Source: Acidimicrobiia bacterium (GTDB lineage: Bacteria; Actinomycetota; Acidimicrobiia; IMCC26256; JAENVU01). Taken from it: 64,000 bases of DNA. The translations under genes were made by a program, and so were the position numbers. A model generated the notes under the pieces. It ran no database searches, was not told the DNA's origin, and saw only the letters and a program-made list of their open reading frames with translations. Below are positions 35,483 through 44,549 of this stretch, in pieces (the stretch's first letter is position 1; every line of letters begins with the position of its first letter). The stretch spans positions 3,641 to 67,640 of the forward strand of contig JANLRZ010000109.1 of the NCBI GenBank assembly GCA_031362155.1, in the 5' to 3' direction.

Positions 35483-38124
35483 TTCCGGCTCAGGACGCCG
35501 GCAATCTCGTCGCGGCCGGCGATCCCAAGTTTCGTGCAGGCCCGGTACAGGTGGCCTTCGGCCGTCCGGACGGAAATGAACAGGCGCTCGGCGATCTCTC
35601 GGTTGGTGAGGCCGGCCGCTGCGAGCATGGCGATCTCCCGCTCGCGACCCGTGAGACCGACCCGTTCTGGCGCGTCGGCGAGTCGGGGGGTCGCCACCCG
35701 GCCGCACTCGGCAACGAGCTCGACCCGGTATCGGGTCATCTGTGCCACCCGGGCAGGAAGTGCCTCGGACTCGAAGACGCGTGCTGCGATCGTGGCGACC
35801 TCGGCCGCCTGCAGGGACGCGCCCACTGCGACGAAGGCGTCGGTGGCGCTCGCCCAGTCGATGCCGCGGCCTGAGTCCATCGCCGCGAGTTCGGCGTTGA
35901 AGGCGACCGACCAACGGCCGTCGACGTGGTCGAGCAACCGGGCCAGATCGGTGCGGACCTCGCCCGCACCCAACCGCATCGCGTCGTGGAGCGAGTGGAT
36001 TGCGTTGCCGAACTGACCCTCGGCCTCGACCTCTCGCGCGATCGAGACGAACTCGTCGCCGGCGCGCGTCAGTTCGCCGCCGATTGCAATTACCCAGGCT
36101 CGCGCTCGGCGGGCGTCCGACTCGTACAGAGCGACGCGCGACGTGGAAGCCTCGGCTCGGGCAGCGGCGACCCGGGCATCGTCGATGCGGCCGGTCAAGG
36201 CGAGTGCCTCCGCCTCGAGACTGCGGGCCCACCGGTGGAAGCCACCCAGGTCGTCATCGCCGAAGCCGTCCGCCGCCCGTCCGAGCTGCACGGCGGCTCG
36301 ACCGGCCCGACCGCGCGCCAGATCCACGCGCCCGGCGAAGAGGTCCAGCCAGGGACCGGCGGACCCGTCGGACGGGGTGACGCTACGGACCAGTTCGACG
36401 AAGTCGGCGGCCTCCGGCAGGTGTCCGGCGAGCAACAGCGCGAGCGCCTGGGCGTTGATCGCCCATGCGATGCCGATGGGTAGGTCGGCTTGCAGCGCCA
36501 GGGCGTCTTCGAGCGCGGTCCCGACGAAGTCGATCGCCGCCTGGTTGCGACCGGCGATCGAGCGGCCGCTGCCCACGGAGCTGACCAGTCGGACCCGCAG
36601 GTGTCGGTTGTCGGGATGCTCGGCCAGGATCGCCTCGGCTTGGGCGGTGGCCGCACCCGTTCGGCCGGCCATCATCTCGATCTGCAGCCGAGTCGCGTCC
36701 AGTATTGCCCGCCACACCGGGTCCGTGATCGCGTTGGCGGCCAAGCGGTAGGCCTCCTCGATCCACGCCGATTCGTCGAGCATCCGGGCGGTGTGAACGA
36801 TTCCTTGGAAGCTCGAGACGCGCTCGCTGTCCGACAGGATCGGACGCTGGAGCCGGTCGATCAGCGCGTCCGTAGCCGCCCGGTAGTCACCCGAGTGAAT
36901 GAGTGCCTGGATCCGCAACGCGGAATCGGCGAGCAGAGGATCGGCGACCGCGTCGAGCAGTTCGAGCGCGAACGCCGCGGCGCCCAGGGTGAGCGCGTCG
37001 CCTGCGGCGGTGACGAAGCGCTCCGGGTGGGACCGGTCACCCGACTCGAGGCGGAGACGCGCCTCGACGATCCTCGACTCGGCGTCGTCGGGGCCGTGGG
37101 CCAACTCGTCGGCGATCAGCCCGGGCAGCGCTGTCCGCTCGACAGTGTCCAGCAGGTCGAGCGCCGTCTCGCCGAAGAGCGGATGGGCGAGACGGACCTC
37201 GTCGCGCCCGGCACGGGGGACGATGGTTGCCAACCCCCGCGCCTCGCAACGACCCGGGTCCCAGTCCGGCAGGACGCGTCGGAGTAGATCGGTCGTCAGC
37301 GGTTCGGCCAGCCCGAGGGTGGCCAGCGCCCGCACGTCGTGGGGATCGCCGGTCCGCAGCCGCTCGGCGATGACGTCGCGCAGCCGACGCCCGCCGCCGT
37401 CGCGACCCGACCAGTGCCACTCCGCGTGGTGCAGCGTGAGGTCGTCGCTGGCCCGAGCGTCGCTGATCAGCTCGCCGAGCAGCAGGGGGTTCCCCCCGCT
37501 CTCGGTCACCAACCAGCTCGCGGCCTCCGGCTCGACCGGCCCGCCCAACACGCGGGTGGCGAGATCGACCGTCTCAGGAGGACTCAGCGGAAGCAGGTCG
37601 ATCCGCTCGGCCAGCCGGTCCTTCCACAGCACCGCGACCGATTCGGGTGCCACTTCGCCGGATCGGCACGTCATCATGACCGGAACCCTCCCGTCGAGCA
37701 CGAGGCTCTGGACGAGCAGCGCGGACCAGTCGTCAAGGAGGTGCACGTCGTCGACGACGAGCAATCGGTCCGGGTCGGCGCCCAGCGCCGCCACGGCGCG
37801 CCGCACAACCTGTGCGTCGCGTGCCGCGAAGTCCTCGGGACCGGGGCCTGCGTCGTCGGGGAGCAGGCGCAACACCGCGCCGAATGGGAGCCGGCTCCGG
37901 CCGGTGACACCGCTGAGCCATTCGACCGGGCCTCGGTTCGATCGGTGCCGCCGGGCGACCGCTCGGGCGAGGTGGGTCTTGCCCACCCCGGCGTGGCCGC
38001 CGACGACGACGGAGACACCGCCGAGCAGCCGGGTCTCGACAAGGTCCAGCTCGGCCACGCGTCCGACTGATCCGTCGGCGTCGTCGTTCGCGGGTATCCC
38101 CAGCATCAGGGCAGTATCGCCCAA
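35476..38124 (-). CDS. Large ATP-binding LuxR-family regulator (LAL / MalT-like STAND NTPase with C-terminal LuxR HTH)
   Basis: 882 aa. It has an N-terminal P-loop GGHAGVGKTHLA, Walker B LLVVDDVHLLD, a long helical-repeat middle section, and the C-terminal LTGREREIAMLAAAGLTNREIAERLFISVRTAEGHLYRACTKLGI. Confidence 0.88.
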   Translation of the reverse strand: MGDTALMLGIPANDDADGSVGRVAELDLVETRLLGGVSVVVGGHAGVGKTHLARAVARRHRSNRGPVEWLSGVTGRSRLPFGAVLRLLPDDAGPGPEDFAARDAQVVRRAVAALGADPDRLLVVDDVHLLDDWSALLVQSLVLDGRVPVMMTCRSGEVAPESVAVLWKDRLAERIDLLPLSPPETVDLATRVLGGPVEPEAASWLVTESGGNPLLLGELISDARASDDLTLHHAEWHWSGRDGGGRRLRDVIAERLRTGDPHDVRALATLGLAEPLTTDLLRRVLPDWDPGRCEARGLATIVPRAGRDEVRLAHPLFGETALDLLDTVERTALPGLIADELAHGPDDAESRIVEARLRLESGDRSHPERFVTAAGDALTLGAAAFALELLDAVADPLLADSALRIQALIHSGDYRAATDALIDRLQRPILSDSERVSSFQGIVHTARMLDESAWIEEAYRLAANAITDPVWRAILDATRLQIEMMAGRTGAATAQAEAILAEHPDNRHLRVRLVSSVGSGRSIAGRNQAAIDFVGTALEDALALQADLPIGIAWAINAQALALLLAGHLPEAADFVELVRSVTPSDGSAGPWLDLFAGRVDLARGRAGRAAVQLGRAADGFGDDDLGGFHRWARSLEAEALALTGRIDDARVAAARAEASTSRVALYESDARRARAWVIAIGGELTRAGDEFVSIAREVEAEGQFGNAIHSLHDAMRLGAGEVRTDLARLLDHVDGRWSVAFNAELAAMDSGRGIDWASATDAFVAVGASLQAAEVATIAARVFESEALPARVAQMTRYRVELVAECGRVATPRLADAPERVGLTGREREIAMLAAAGLTNREIAERLFISVRTAEGHLYRACTKLGIAGRDEIAGVLSRNA

Positions 38125-38181
38125 ACGGGGATGGCGCTCTACGGGTGGTCTTGTCGAATAGGCCCGACGAACGCCCCGCCG

Positions 38182-38208
38182 TTAGCAGTCGGTACACTCG
38201 ACTGCTAC
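38182..38208 (+). promoter_or_regulatory. CIRCE-like HrcA operator (TTAGCAGTC-N9-GACTGCTAC)
   Basis: The inverted repeat lies 53 nt upstream of hrcA. The consensus is TTAGCACTC-N9-GAGTGCTAA. The spacer contains TACACT (38193-38198). Confidence 0.75.
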
Positions 38209-38260
38209 CGCTCGGGCCGACCGGCCCGGGGAGTGCCGGCGCAATGGGATCGGTCACCTG

Positions 38261-39274
38261 ATGGATGCAGCTGAACGACGGGCCACCGTGCTCAAGGCCG
38301 TGGTGGAGGAGTACGTCCGCACGGCCGCGCCCGTGGCGAGCCAGACCGTCACCGAGTCACGGGATCTCGGCGTCTCGAGCGCGACCGTCCGCAACGACAT
38401 GACCCAACTCGAACGCGAGGGCTTCCTCGCCCAGCCCCACACTTCGGCCGGCCGGATTCCCACCGATCAGGGCTACCGCTATTTCGTCGACCATTTCACC
38501 GCGGCGGGTGGACTCCCCGTGGGCCAGCGGCGCGCGGTCGCCGACTTCTTCGCGACGACCCACCGGGCCCTCGAAGACCTCCTCCACGAGACGAGCCAGC
38601 TCCTCGCCAACCTGACCAGTCACGCGGCGGTGGTCGTCGGCCCCGACGCCGACGCCGTGCGGGTGCGCTCCGCGCAACTCGTCGCGCTCGAGCCTGGCAC
38701 CGTGCTGGCGGTCGTCGTGTTGGGCAACGGCACCGTCGAGCGCGAGGTGTTGCCCAGCGAACTCGCCGGCGACCAGGTCGCTCGTGCTTCCGCGGGGTTC
38801 GATGCTGCCCTGCGCGATCGGACGCTCGCCGTACCGAGCACGTCGCCCACCACCACCGGCGACGACGCGGTCGATGTGCTGCTGGTGCAGGCAATCGCCG
38901 CGGTGACCACGCGCGCCAAGCACGTGTCGGATCATCTGTACGTCGGTGGAGTGAGCCGGTTGGCCGCCGAACAAGACGCGTTCACCACGACGGCTACCAC
39001 CGCGCGGCTGCTCGAAATGTTGGAAGAGCAGGTGGTGGTGGTCAGCCTCGTTCGTGACCTTCTCGATCATGGAGTGAACGTCTCGATCGGGTCGGAGAAC
39101 GAGGTCGACGAACTGCGCGACTGCTCGATCGTCCTCGCTCCGTACCAAGTGGAGGGGACGCTCGCCGGAACCGTCGGCGTCCTCGGACCCACCCGCATGG
39201 ATTATGCGCAGGCGTTGGCCGCGGTCGCGGCCGTGTCCCAGCAACTCGGACGACTCTTGTTGCCGCCCAGCTGA
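38261..39274 (+). CDS. hrcA: Heat-inducible transcription repressor HrcA
   Basis: The N-terminal winged helix is ERRATVLKAVVEEYVRTAAPVASQTV...SSATVRNDMTQLEREGFL.QPHTSAGRIPT. Confidence 0.95.
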   Translation: MDAAERRATVLKAVVEEYVRTAAPVASQTVTESRDLGVSSATVRNDMTQLEREGFLAQPHTSAGRIPTDQGYRYFVDHFTAAGGLPVGQRRAVADFFATTHRALEDLLHETSQLLANLTSHAAVVVGPDADAVRVRSAQLVALEPGTVLAVVVLGNGTVEREVLPSELAGDQVARASAGFDAALRDRTLAVPSTSPTTTGDDAVDVLLVQAIAAVTTRAKHVSDHLYVGGVSRLAAEQDAFTTTATTARLLEMLEEQVVVVSLVRDLLDHGVNVSIGSENEVDELRDCSIVLAPYQVEGTLAGTVGVLGPTRMDYAQALAAVAAVSQQLGRLLLPPS

Positions 39275-40386
39275 TGGCTGACTTCTACGAGCTGCTCGGT
39301 GTTGCGCCGAGTTCGACCGACGACGACATCAAGCGGGCGTACCGCAAGCTGGCCCGAGAACTGCATCCGGACGCGAACCCCGGCGACGCCGAGGCCGAAG
39401 AACGCTTCAAGGAAGTGTCGGCGGCCTACGAGGTGCTGCGCGACCCCGAACGGCGCCGGCGGTATGACACCTTCGGCGACGAGGGACGCGGCCAAGGCGG
39501 TCCCGGGGGTCCGGGCGACGCGTTCGGGTTCGGCGACATCTTCGATGCCTTCTTCTCCGGTGGATTCGGCGGCGGCGGCGGCCGGGGCGGGCCACCGCGC
39601 GGTCAGGACGCGGAGACCTCGATCCAGCTCGACCTCGCCGAAGCCGCGTTCGGTATCACCAGCACCGTCGACATCGAGATTCCCGGTCCGTGCGAACGCT
39701 GTGACGGCACCGGCGGCGAGCCGGGAACCCATCCGGAACGCTGCGATGAATGTGGCGGGAGTGGTGAGGTACGACAGGTCCGCAAGTCCATCCTCGGTCA
39801 GCTCGTGACCGCAGCGCCGTGCCCGCGCTGTCAGGGCACGGGCCAGGTGATCCCGAATCCCTGTACGGAGTGTCGCGGCGACGGTCGGGTGCGCACGCAC
39901 AAAGAGATCGAAGTCGAGATTCCCGCCGGCATCGACGACGGTCAACGGCTGCGCCTTCCCGGCCGTGGTCCGGCCGCGCCGCGTGGCGGTGCACCGGGCG
40001 ATCTGTACGTCTTGGTGCGGGTCCGCCCGCATCCGACTCTCGAACGCCACGGCGTCGATTTGGTGCACCGCGCCAGGGTCGCCATGACCCAGGCGGCGCT
40101 CGGCGCGACCTTCGAACTCGACACCCTCGACGGGACCGAGACGATCACCATCGATCCCGGCACCCAGCCCGGTCATGTCATCCGCATGCGCGGTCACGGC
40201 GTGCCGGTGCTCAACGGTCGGGGTCGTGGCGACCTACTCATCGAGGTCAACGTCGACGTGCCGACCAAGCTCAACGCGGAACAGGCCGAACTCCTCGGCC
40301 ACTTCGCGGCGCTCCGAGGCGAGCCGATCGACCCGCCCGAGGGCGGCCTCTTCTCCAAGATTCGGTCGGCATTCGGGGATCGATGA
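39274..40386 (+). CDS. dnaJ: Chaperone DnaJ
   Basis: Has a J domain with HPD (DFYELLGV...LARELHPDANPGD), a G/F region, and four CxxCxGxG zinc motifs. TGATG overlap with hrcA. Confidence 0.96.
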   Translation: MADFYELLGVAPSSTDDDIKRAYRKLARELHPDANPGDAEAEERFKEVSAAYEVLRDPERRRRYDTFGDEGRGQGGPGGPGDAFGFGDIFDAFFSGGFGGGGGRGGPPRGQDAETSIQLDLAEAAFGITSTVDIEIPGPCERCDGTGGEPGTHPERCDECGGSGEVRQVRKSILGQLVTAAPCPRCQGTGQVIPNPCTECRGDGRVRTHKEIEVEIPAGIDDGQRLRLPGRGPAAPRGGAPGDLYVLVRVRPHPTLERHGVDLVHRARVAMTQAALGATFELDTLDGTETITIDPGTQPGHVIRMRGHGVPVLNGRGRGDLLIEVNVDVPTKLNAEQAELLGHFAALRGEPIDPPEGGLFSKIRSAFGDR

Positions 40387-41126
40387 CCGCACCGGCGTGG
40401 GCGGCCTCGGCCGGTGCACGCGCGCTGGTCTTCGCCGACCACCCGGGCTCGGGTGCGGATGGCCGGGTTCGCGTTGATGGTCCGGACGGCCACCACCTCC
40501 AGCGCGTGCGTCGCCTCGAGATCGGCGAGCGCATCGTCGTCGCCGACGGAGTGGGGGGTTGGTACGAGGCGAGTGTCGTGGGCGTCAGCGATGGGGTGAT
40601 CGACGGTGAACGCCTGGGTCCCGATCGGATCGAACCGGTGAACCATCCGAGCATCGCCATCGCGTTCGCACCGGCGAAGAGCGATCATGGCACCGAGGTC
40701 GTCCATCAACTCGTCGAACTCGGCGTCGAGCGGATCGTTCCGATTCTCACCCGGCGCGGGGTGGTGCGCTGGACCGGTGACCGGGCGGCGAAGGCGCACG
40801 AGCGACTCCAGCGGGTTGCCCGCGAGGCCGCGATGCAGGCGCATCGAGCGCGCATCCCGGTGGTGGATGCACCGGTCGGAATCGAAAGGTTGACCGGATC
40901 TCCCGGCTTGGTGCTGGCCGAGCCTGGCGGCTCCACGGTCGCCCACCTGGCCGCCCCGGCCGGCGGCGAATGGCTGGTGATGGTCGGACCCGAGGGTGGT
41001 TTCACCACCGAAGAGCGCACGATGTTCGGCCCGATTCCGACCCTCGGGATCGGCGCGCACGTGCTGCGCTCGGTGACCGCGCCGGTCGCGGTAGGCGCCG
41101 TGCTCGCCTCACAACGTGCCGGTTGA
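40383..41126 (+). CDS. rsmE: 16S rRNA (uracil1498-N3)-methyltransferase RsmE family
   Basis: ATGA overlap with dnaJ. It has the SPOUT C-terminus MVGPEGGFTTEE. It is the 3' part of track ORF 39819..41126. Confidence 0.85.
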   Translation: MTAPAWAASAGARALVFADHPGSGADGRVRVDGPDGHHLQRVRRLEIGERIVVADGVGGWYEASVVGVSDGVIDGERLGPDRIEPVNHPSIAIAFAPAKSDHGTEVVHQLVELGVERIVPILTRRGVVRWTGDRAAKAHERLQRVAREAAMQAHRARIPVVDAPVGIERLTGSPGLVLAEPGGSTVAHLAAPAGGEWLVMVGPEGGFTTEERTMFGPIPTLGIGAHVLRSVTAPVAVGAVLASQRAG

Positions 41127-41189
41127 CCGACTGCTGATACCGGTCGGATCGCCCAGCCCGTACCAAGGGGTTCGACTTCGCCGGGGATT

Positions 41190-41204
41190 CGTGACATAGT
41201 CACG
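41190..41204. promoter_or_regulatory. Perfect palindrome CGTGAC-ATA-GTCACG upstream of the XRE regulator gene (candidate operator overlapping a CATAGT -10-like hexamer)
   Basis: Read directly; it lies 21 nt upstream of the ATG at 41225. Confidence 0.4.
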
Positions 41205-41224
41205 CCGTTCTGGGGCTGAAGGCA

Positions 41225-41737
41225 ATGTCAACAGGGGGCACGAGTCGTTCAATGAATGGCCTACATGTCGGAGATCGTTTGCGAGCGATCCGACGCCAAA
41301 AGGGTCTGTCACTCCATGATGTCGAGGCGCGTTCGGGCCTCGAGTTCAAGGCGAGTGTGCTCGGGGCGTACGAGCGCGGCGAACGCGCGATCTCCGTTCC
41401 ACGATTGTTGCGGCTGTCCGAGATCTACGAGATCCCGGCCGATCAACTCCTGCCGCGAGACGCCGACATCGAGATCAACCTCACCGATTCGAGCGATCTC
41501 GATGCGGGGTTCACGATCGATCTCGTTCGCTTGCACGCGCTCGACGAGCCCGAGGCCGCGGTGCTCTCGCGGTACGCGGCAACGATCCAGCTGCAGCGTC
41601 AGGACTTCAACGGTCGGCTCCTCACGGTGCGTCGTGACGATCTGCGTGTGCTCGCCGCCGTTCTCGGTCGCCGCCCGGAAGAGATGGGCGTGCGACTGGA
41701 CGAACTCGGCCTCCGGGCAGAGTCACCTGTTCTCTAG
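41225..41737 (+). CDS. XRE-family HTH transcriptional regulator with an uncharacterised C-terminal domain
   Basis: HTH: GDRLRAIRRQKGLSLHDVEARSGLEFKASVLGAYERGERAISVPRLLRLSEIY. ATG at 41252 is an alternative start. Confidence 0.8.
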   Translation: MSTGGTSRSMNGLHVGDRLRAIRRQKGLSLHDVEARSGLEFKASVLGAYERGERAISVPRLLRLSEIYEIPADQLLPRDADIEINLTDSSDLDAGFTIDLVRLHALDEPEAAVLSRYAATIQLQRQDFNGRLLTVRRDDLRVLAAVLGRRPEEMGVRLDELGLRAESPVL

Positions 41738-41782
41738 AACCGCGGCGGTCCGGCCGCGAGTCACCGCTAACCTCAACGCGTC

Positions 41783-42736
41783 GTGACCGCTCCTGTATCG
41801 ACGCAGCTCAAAGTGCTGGTTCCCGGCAATCACCTCATGGTCGGTTTGCTCGGCGAACGTGACGAGTTGTTGCGGCGCGTCGAGCAGGCGTTCCCCGTCG
41901 ACATCCTGGTACGCGGCAACGAGATCACCGTGACCGGCGCCCCGGAACCGGCGGCCCGGGTCGGGCGGCTGTTCGAGGAACTCGTGGTGCTGTTGGAGCA
42001 GGGCCACGCGCTGGATCGTGACGGCATCGATCGCGCCATCGGGATGATCGAGTCGGACCAGAAGCCCACCGACGTGCTCGCCACCGAGGTGGTGAAGGGC
42101 CGCAAGAGCGTCCGCCCCAAGACCTCGGGGCAGAAGCGGTACGTCGATGCGGTGCGTGACCACACCATCACCTTCGCCATCGGCCCCGCGGGGACGGGGA
42201 AGAGCTACCTCGCGGTCGCACTCGCGGTCCAGGCCCTCCAGTCCAAGACCGTGAATCGCATTATTCTCACGCGCCCGGCGGTCGAGGCCGGGGAGCGACT
42301 CGGGTTCCTTCCGGGCGACATGCTGGCCAAGGTCGACCCGTATCTGCGCCCGCTCTACGACGCGCTCTACGACATGCTCGACCCCGAGACCGTCGCGCGG
42401 TTGATGGAGCGCGGGGTGATCGAAGTCGCGCCGCTTGCCTACATGCGCGGGCGCACGCTCAACGATTCGTTCATCATCCTCGACGAAGCGCAGAACACGA
42501 CCGCCGAACAGATGAAGATGTTTCTCACGCGGCTCGGCTTCGGGTCCAAGATCGTGGTGACGGGCGACGTGACCCAGATCGACTTGCCGGAGGGTCGCGG
42601 TCGATCCGGGCTGTTGGTGGTGCGCGACATCCTCACGGGCGTTGCCGATCTCGAGTTCGTCGACCTCGGATCCAAGGACGTCGTGCGGCATCGGATCGTG
42701 CAGGACATCGTCGATGCCTACGCGGCGCGGTCCTGA
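41783..42736 (+). CDS. phoH: PhoH-like ATPase (YbeZ)
   Basis: Has the P-loop GPAGTGKSYLA, plus FIILDEAQN and VVTGDVTQIDLP. Confidence 0.93.
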   Translation: MTAPVSTQLKVLVPGNHLMVGLLGERDELLRRVEQAFPVDILVRGNEITVTGAPEPAARVGRLFEELVVLLEQGHALDRDGIDRAIGMIESDQKPTDVLATEVVKGRKSVRPKTSGQKRYVDAVRDHTITFAIGPAGTGKSYLAVALAVQALQSKTVNRIILTRPAVEAGERLGFLPGDMLAKVDPYLRPLYDALYDMLDPETVARLMERGVIEVAPLAYMRGRTLNDSFIILDEAQNTTAEQMKMFLTRLGFGSKIVVTGDVTQIDLPEGRGRSGLLVVRDILTGVADLEFVDLGSKDVVRHRIVQDIVDAYAARS

Positions 42737-43251
42737 TGGCTGACGTCTCCATCTTCGGCAGCGATGAGCAGAGCGACATCGAAGTCGACCTCGCCCGGTG
42801 GGTGCGCCTCGCCCGACTGGTCGTCGACGAGCAGCGGGTCCCGGGCACGTCCGAACTCTCGTTGCTCTTCGTCGACCGCGACACGATCGCCGAGTTGAAC
42901 GAGAAGTTCCTCGGCGGCACTGGTCCGACCGATGTGCTCGCCTTCCCCATGGATGACGACCTCGTGCTTCCCGGTCGGCAACCCGACCAGGGTGGTCGCG
43001 GACCGGGCGCCCCGATCGACGGCGGGGAACCTCCCACGTTGATAGGAGATGTGGTCGTTTGTCCGGTGATCGCGGAGGCGCAGGCGCCGCTGCACAATTC
43101 GAGCATCGACCAAGAACTTGCGCTCCTCGTCGTCCACGGCGTGCTCCATCTGCTCAACTATGACCACGCGGAGCCAAAGGAACAGGCAGCGATGCAACAG
43201 CGGGAGCGAGAACTTCTCGCACTCTTTCGCGAGCAGGAGGGTGAACACTGA
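42736..43251 (+). CDS. ybeY: rRNA maturation endoribonuclease YbeY
   Basis: Has the zinc motif HGVLHLLNYDH. TGATG overlap with phoH. Confidence 0.93.
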   Translation: MADVSIFGSDEQSDIEVDLARWVRLARLVVDEQRVPGTSELSLLFVDRDTIAELNEKFLGGTGPTDVLAFPMDDDLVLPGRQPDQGGRGPGAPIDGGEPPTLIGDVVVCPVIAEAQAPLHNSSIDQELALLVVHGVLHLLNYDHAEPKEQAAMQQRERELLALFREQEGEH

Positions 43252-43271
43252 ACGCACGGGACGGGGCCATC

Positions 43272-44549
43272 GTGTCCGGCGTTGCAGTGTTGTTCGTCTT
43301 CTCGATCTTCTTGGCGGCAGCCGAGACCGCGTTCACGCGCATGAGTCGCATTCGCGCGCTGTCACTCGACGAAGAGGGCCGAAAGGGCGCGCACCGACTC
43401 GCGCAGATGTTGGAGCGCCCCGAGCGGACACTCAATGTCCTGTTGCTCCTGGTCCTGGTCTGTCAGATGACCAGCGCGTCGTTGCTGGGTGTGGTGCTCG
43501 AAGGGCAGTTCGGAAGCGCCGGACTCGTCTTCGGATTGGTGCTTCAGATCGTCGTGTACTTCGTCATTGGAGAAGTGGCGCCGAAGACGTTCGCCATCCA
43601 GCATTCGGAGCGCACCGCGTTGCGCCTCTCGCCGTTCCTCTGGGCGATCTCCAACTTCTGGCCCCTGCGGATGATCTCCACCGGACTCATCGGCATGGCC
43701 AACGTGCTCCTGCCGGGGAAGGGTCTCAAAGAGGGCCCCTTCGTCACCGAGGAAGACCTCCGCACCATGGCAGACGTCGCCGCCGACGAAGACGCGATCG
43801 AACGCGAAGAGCGCCGACTGATTCATTCGATCTTCGAGTTCGGCGACACCGTGGTGCGCGAAGTGATGTTGCCGCGCCCCGATATGATTGCCGTCGAAGC
43901 CGATGCATCGATGGAAGAAGCGATCACGCAAGCGATCGACGCCGGGTACTCGCGGATCCCGTGTTACGAGGACTCCACCGACAACATCATCGGGCTGGTG
44001 TATCTCAAGGACCTGGTCCAGCAGGCGAGGTCGGGCGCGGGCGAGCAGTCGGTGCGGACGGTGGTTCGTGGCGCGGTGTTCGTGCCCGAGTCCAAGCGGC
44101 TCACCGAACTATTACGCGAGATGCAGACCGACAAGTTCCACATGGCGATCGTCGTCGACGAGTACGGCGGCACCGCAGGGTTGGTGACGCTCGAAGACCT
44201 GCTGGAGGAGATCGTCGGTGACATCTCGGACGAATTCGATGCCGAGGAACCTGGCGTGGAGGAACTCCCCGGCGGTGGCATCCGGGCGCCCGGTCGGACG
44301 CCGATCGACGACGTGAGCGAAGCGCTCGGTCGCGAACTGCCCGACGCCGAGTGGGACACCGTGGGTGGGCTGGTGTTCAACCTGCTCGGCCACGTTCCCG
44401 ACGCGGGCGAGACCGTCCGTTTCCAGGGTTTGGAGTTCCGGACGGAACGAGTCGAAGGCCGCCGGATTGTCTCGGTCGTGATCATGCCGGTCGAAGCGGA
44501 ACCATCCGACGCTGGCGACGCGGACGCGACGACTGCGGTCGAGTCGTGA
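43272..44549 (+). CDS. CorC/TlyC-type hemolysin-family protein (DUF21 TM domain + CBS pair + CorC_HlyC)
   Basis: Has a four-TM N-terminus, CBS region REVMLPRPDM...IPCYE, and a C-terminal transporter-associated domain. Confidence 0.88.
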   Translation: MSGVAVLFVFSIFLAAAETAFTRMSRIRALSLDEEGRKGAHRLAQMLERPERTLNVLLLLVLVCQMTSASLLGVVLEGQFGSAGLVFGLVLQIVVYFVIGEVAPKTFAIQHSERTALRLSPFLWAISNFWPLRMISTGLIGMANVLLPGKGLKEGPFVTEEDLRTMADVAADEDAIEREERRLIHSIFEFGDTVVREVMLPRPDMIAVEADASMEEAITQAIDAGYSRIPCYEDSTDNIIGLVYLKDLVQQARSGAGEQSVRTVVRGAVFVPESKRLTELLREMQTDKFHMAIVVDEYGGTAGLVTLEDLLEEIVGDISDEFDAEEPGVEELPGGGIRAPGRTPIDDVSEALGRELPDAEWDTVGGLVFNLLGHVPDAGETVRFQGLEFRTERVEGRRIVSVVIMPVEAEPSDAGDADATTAVES

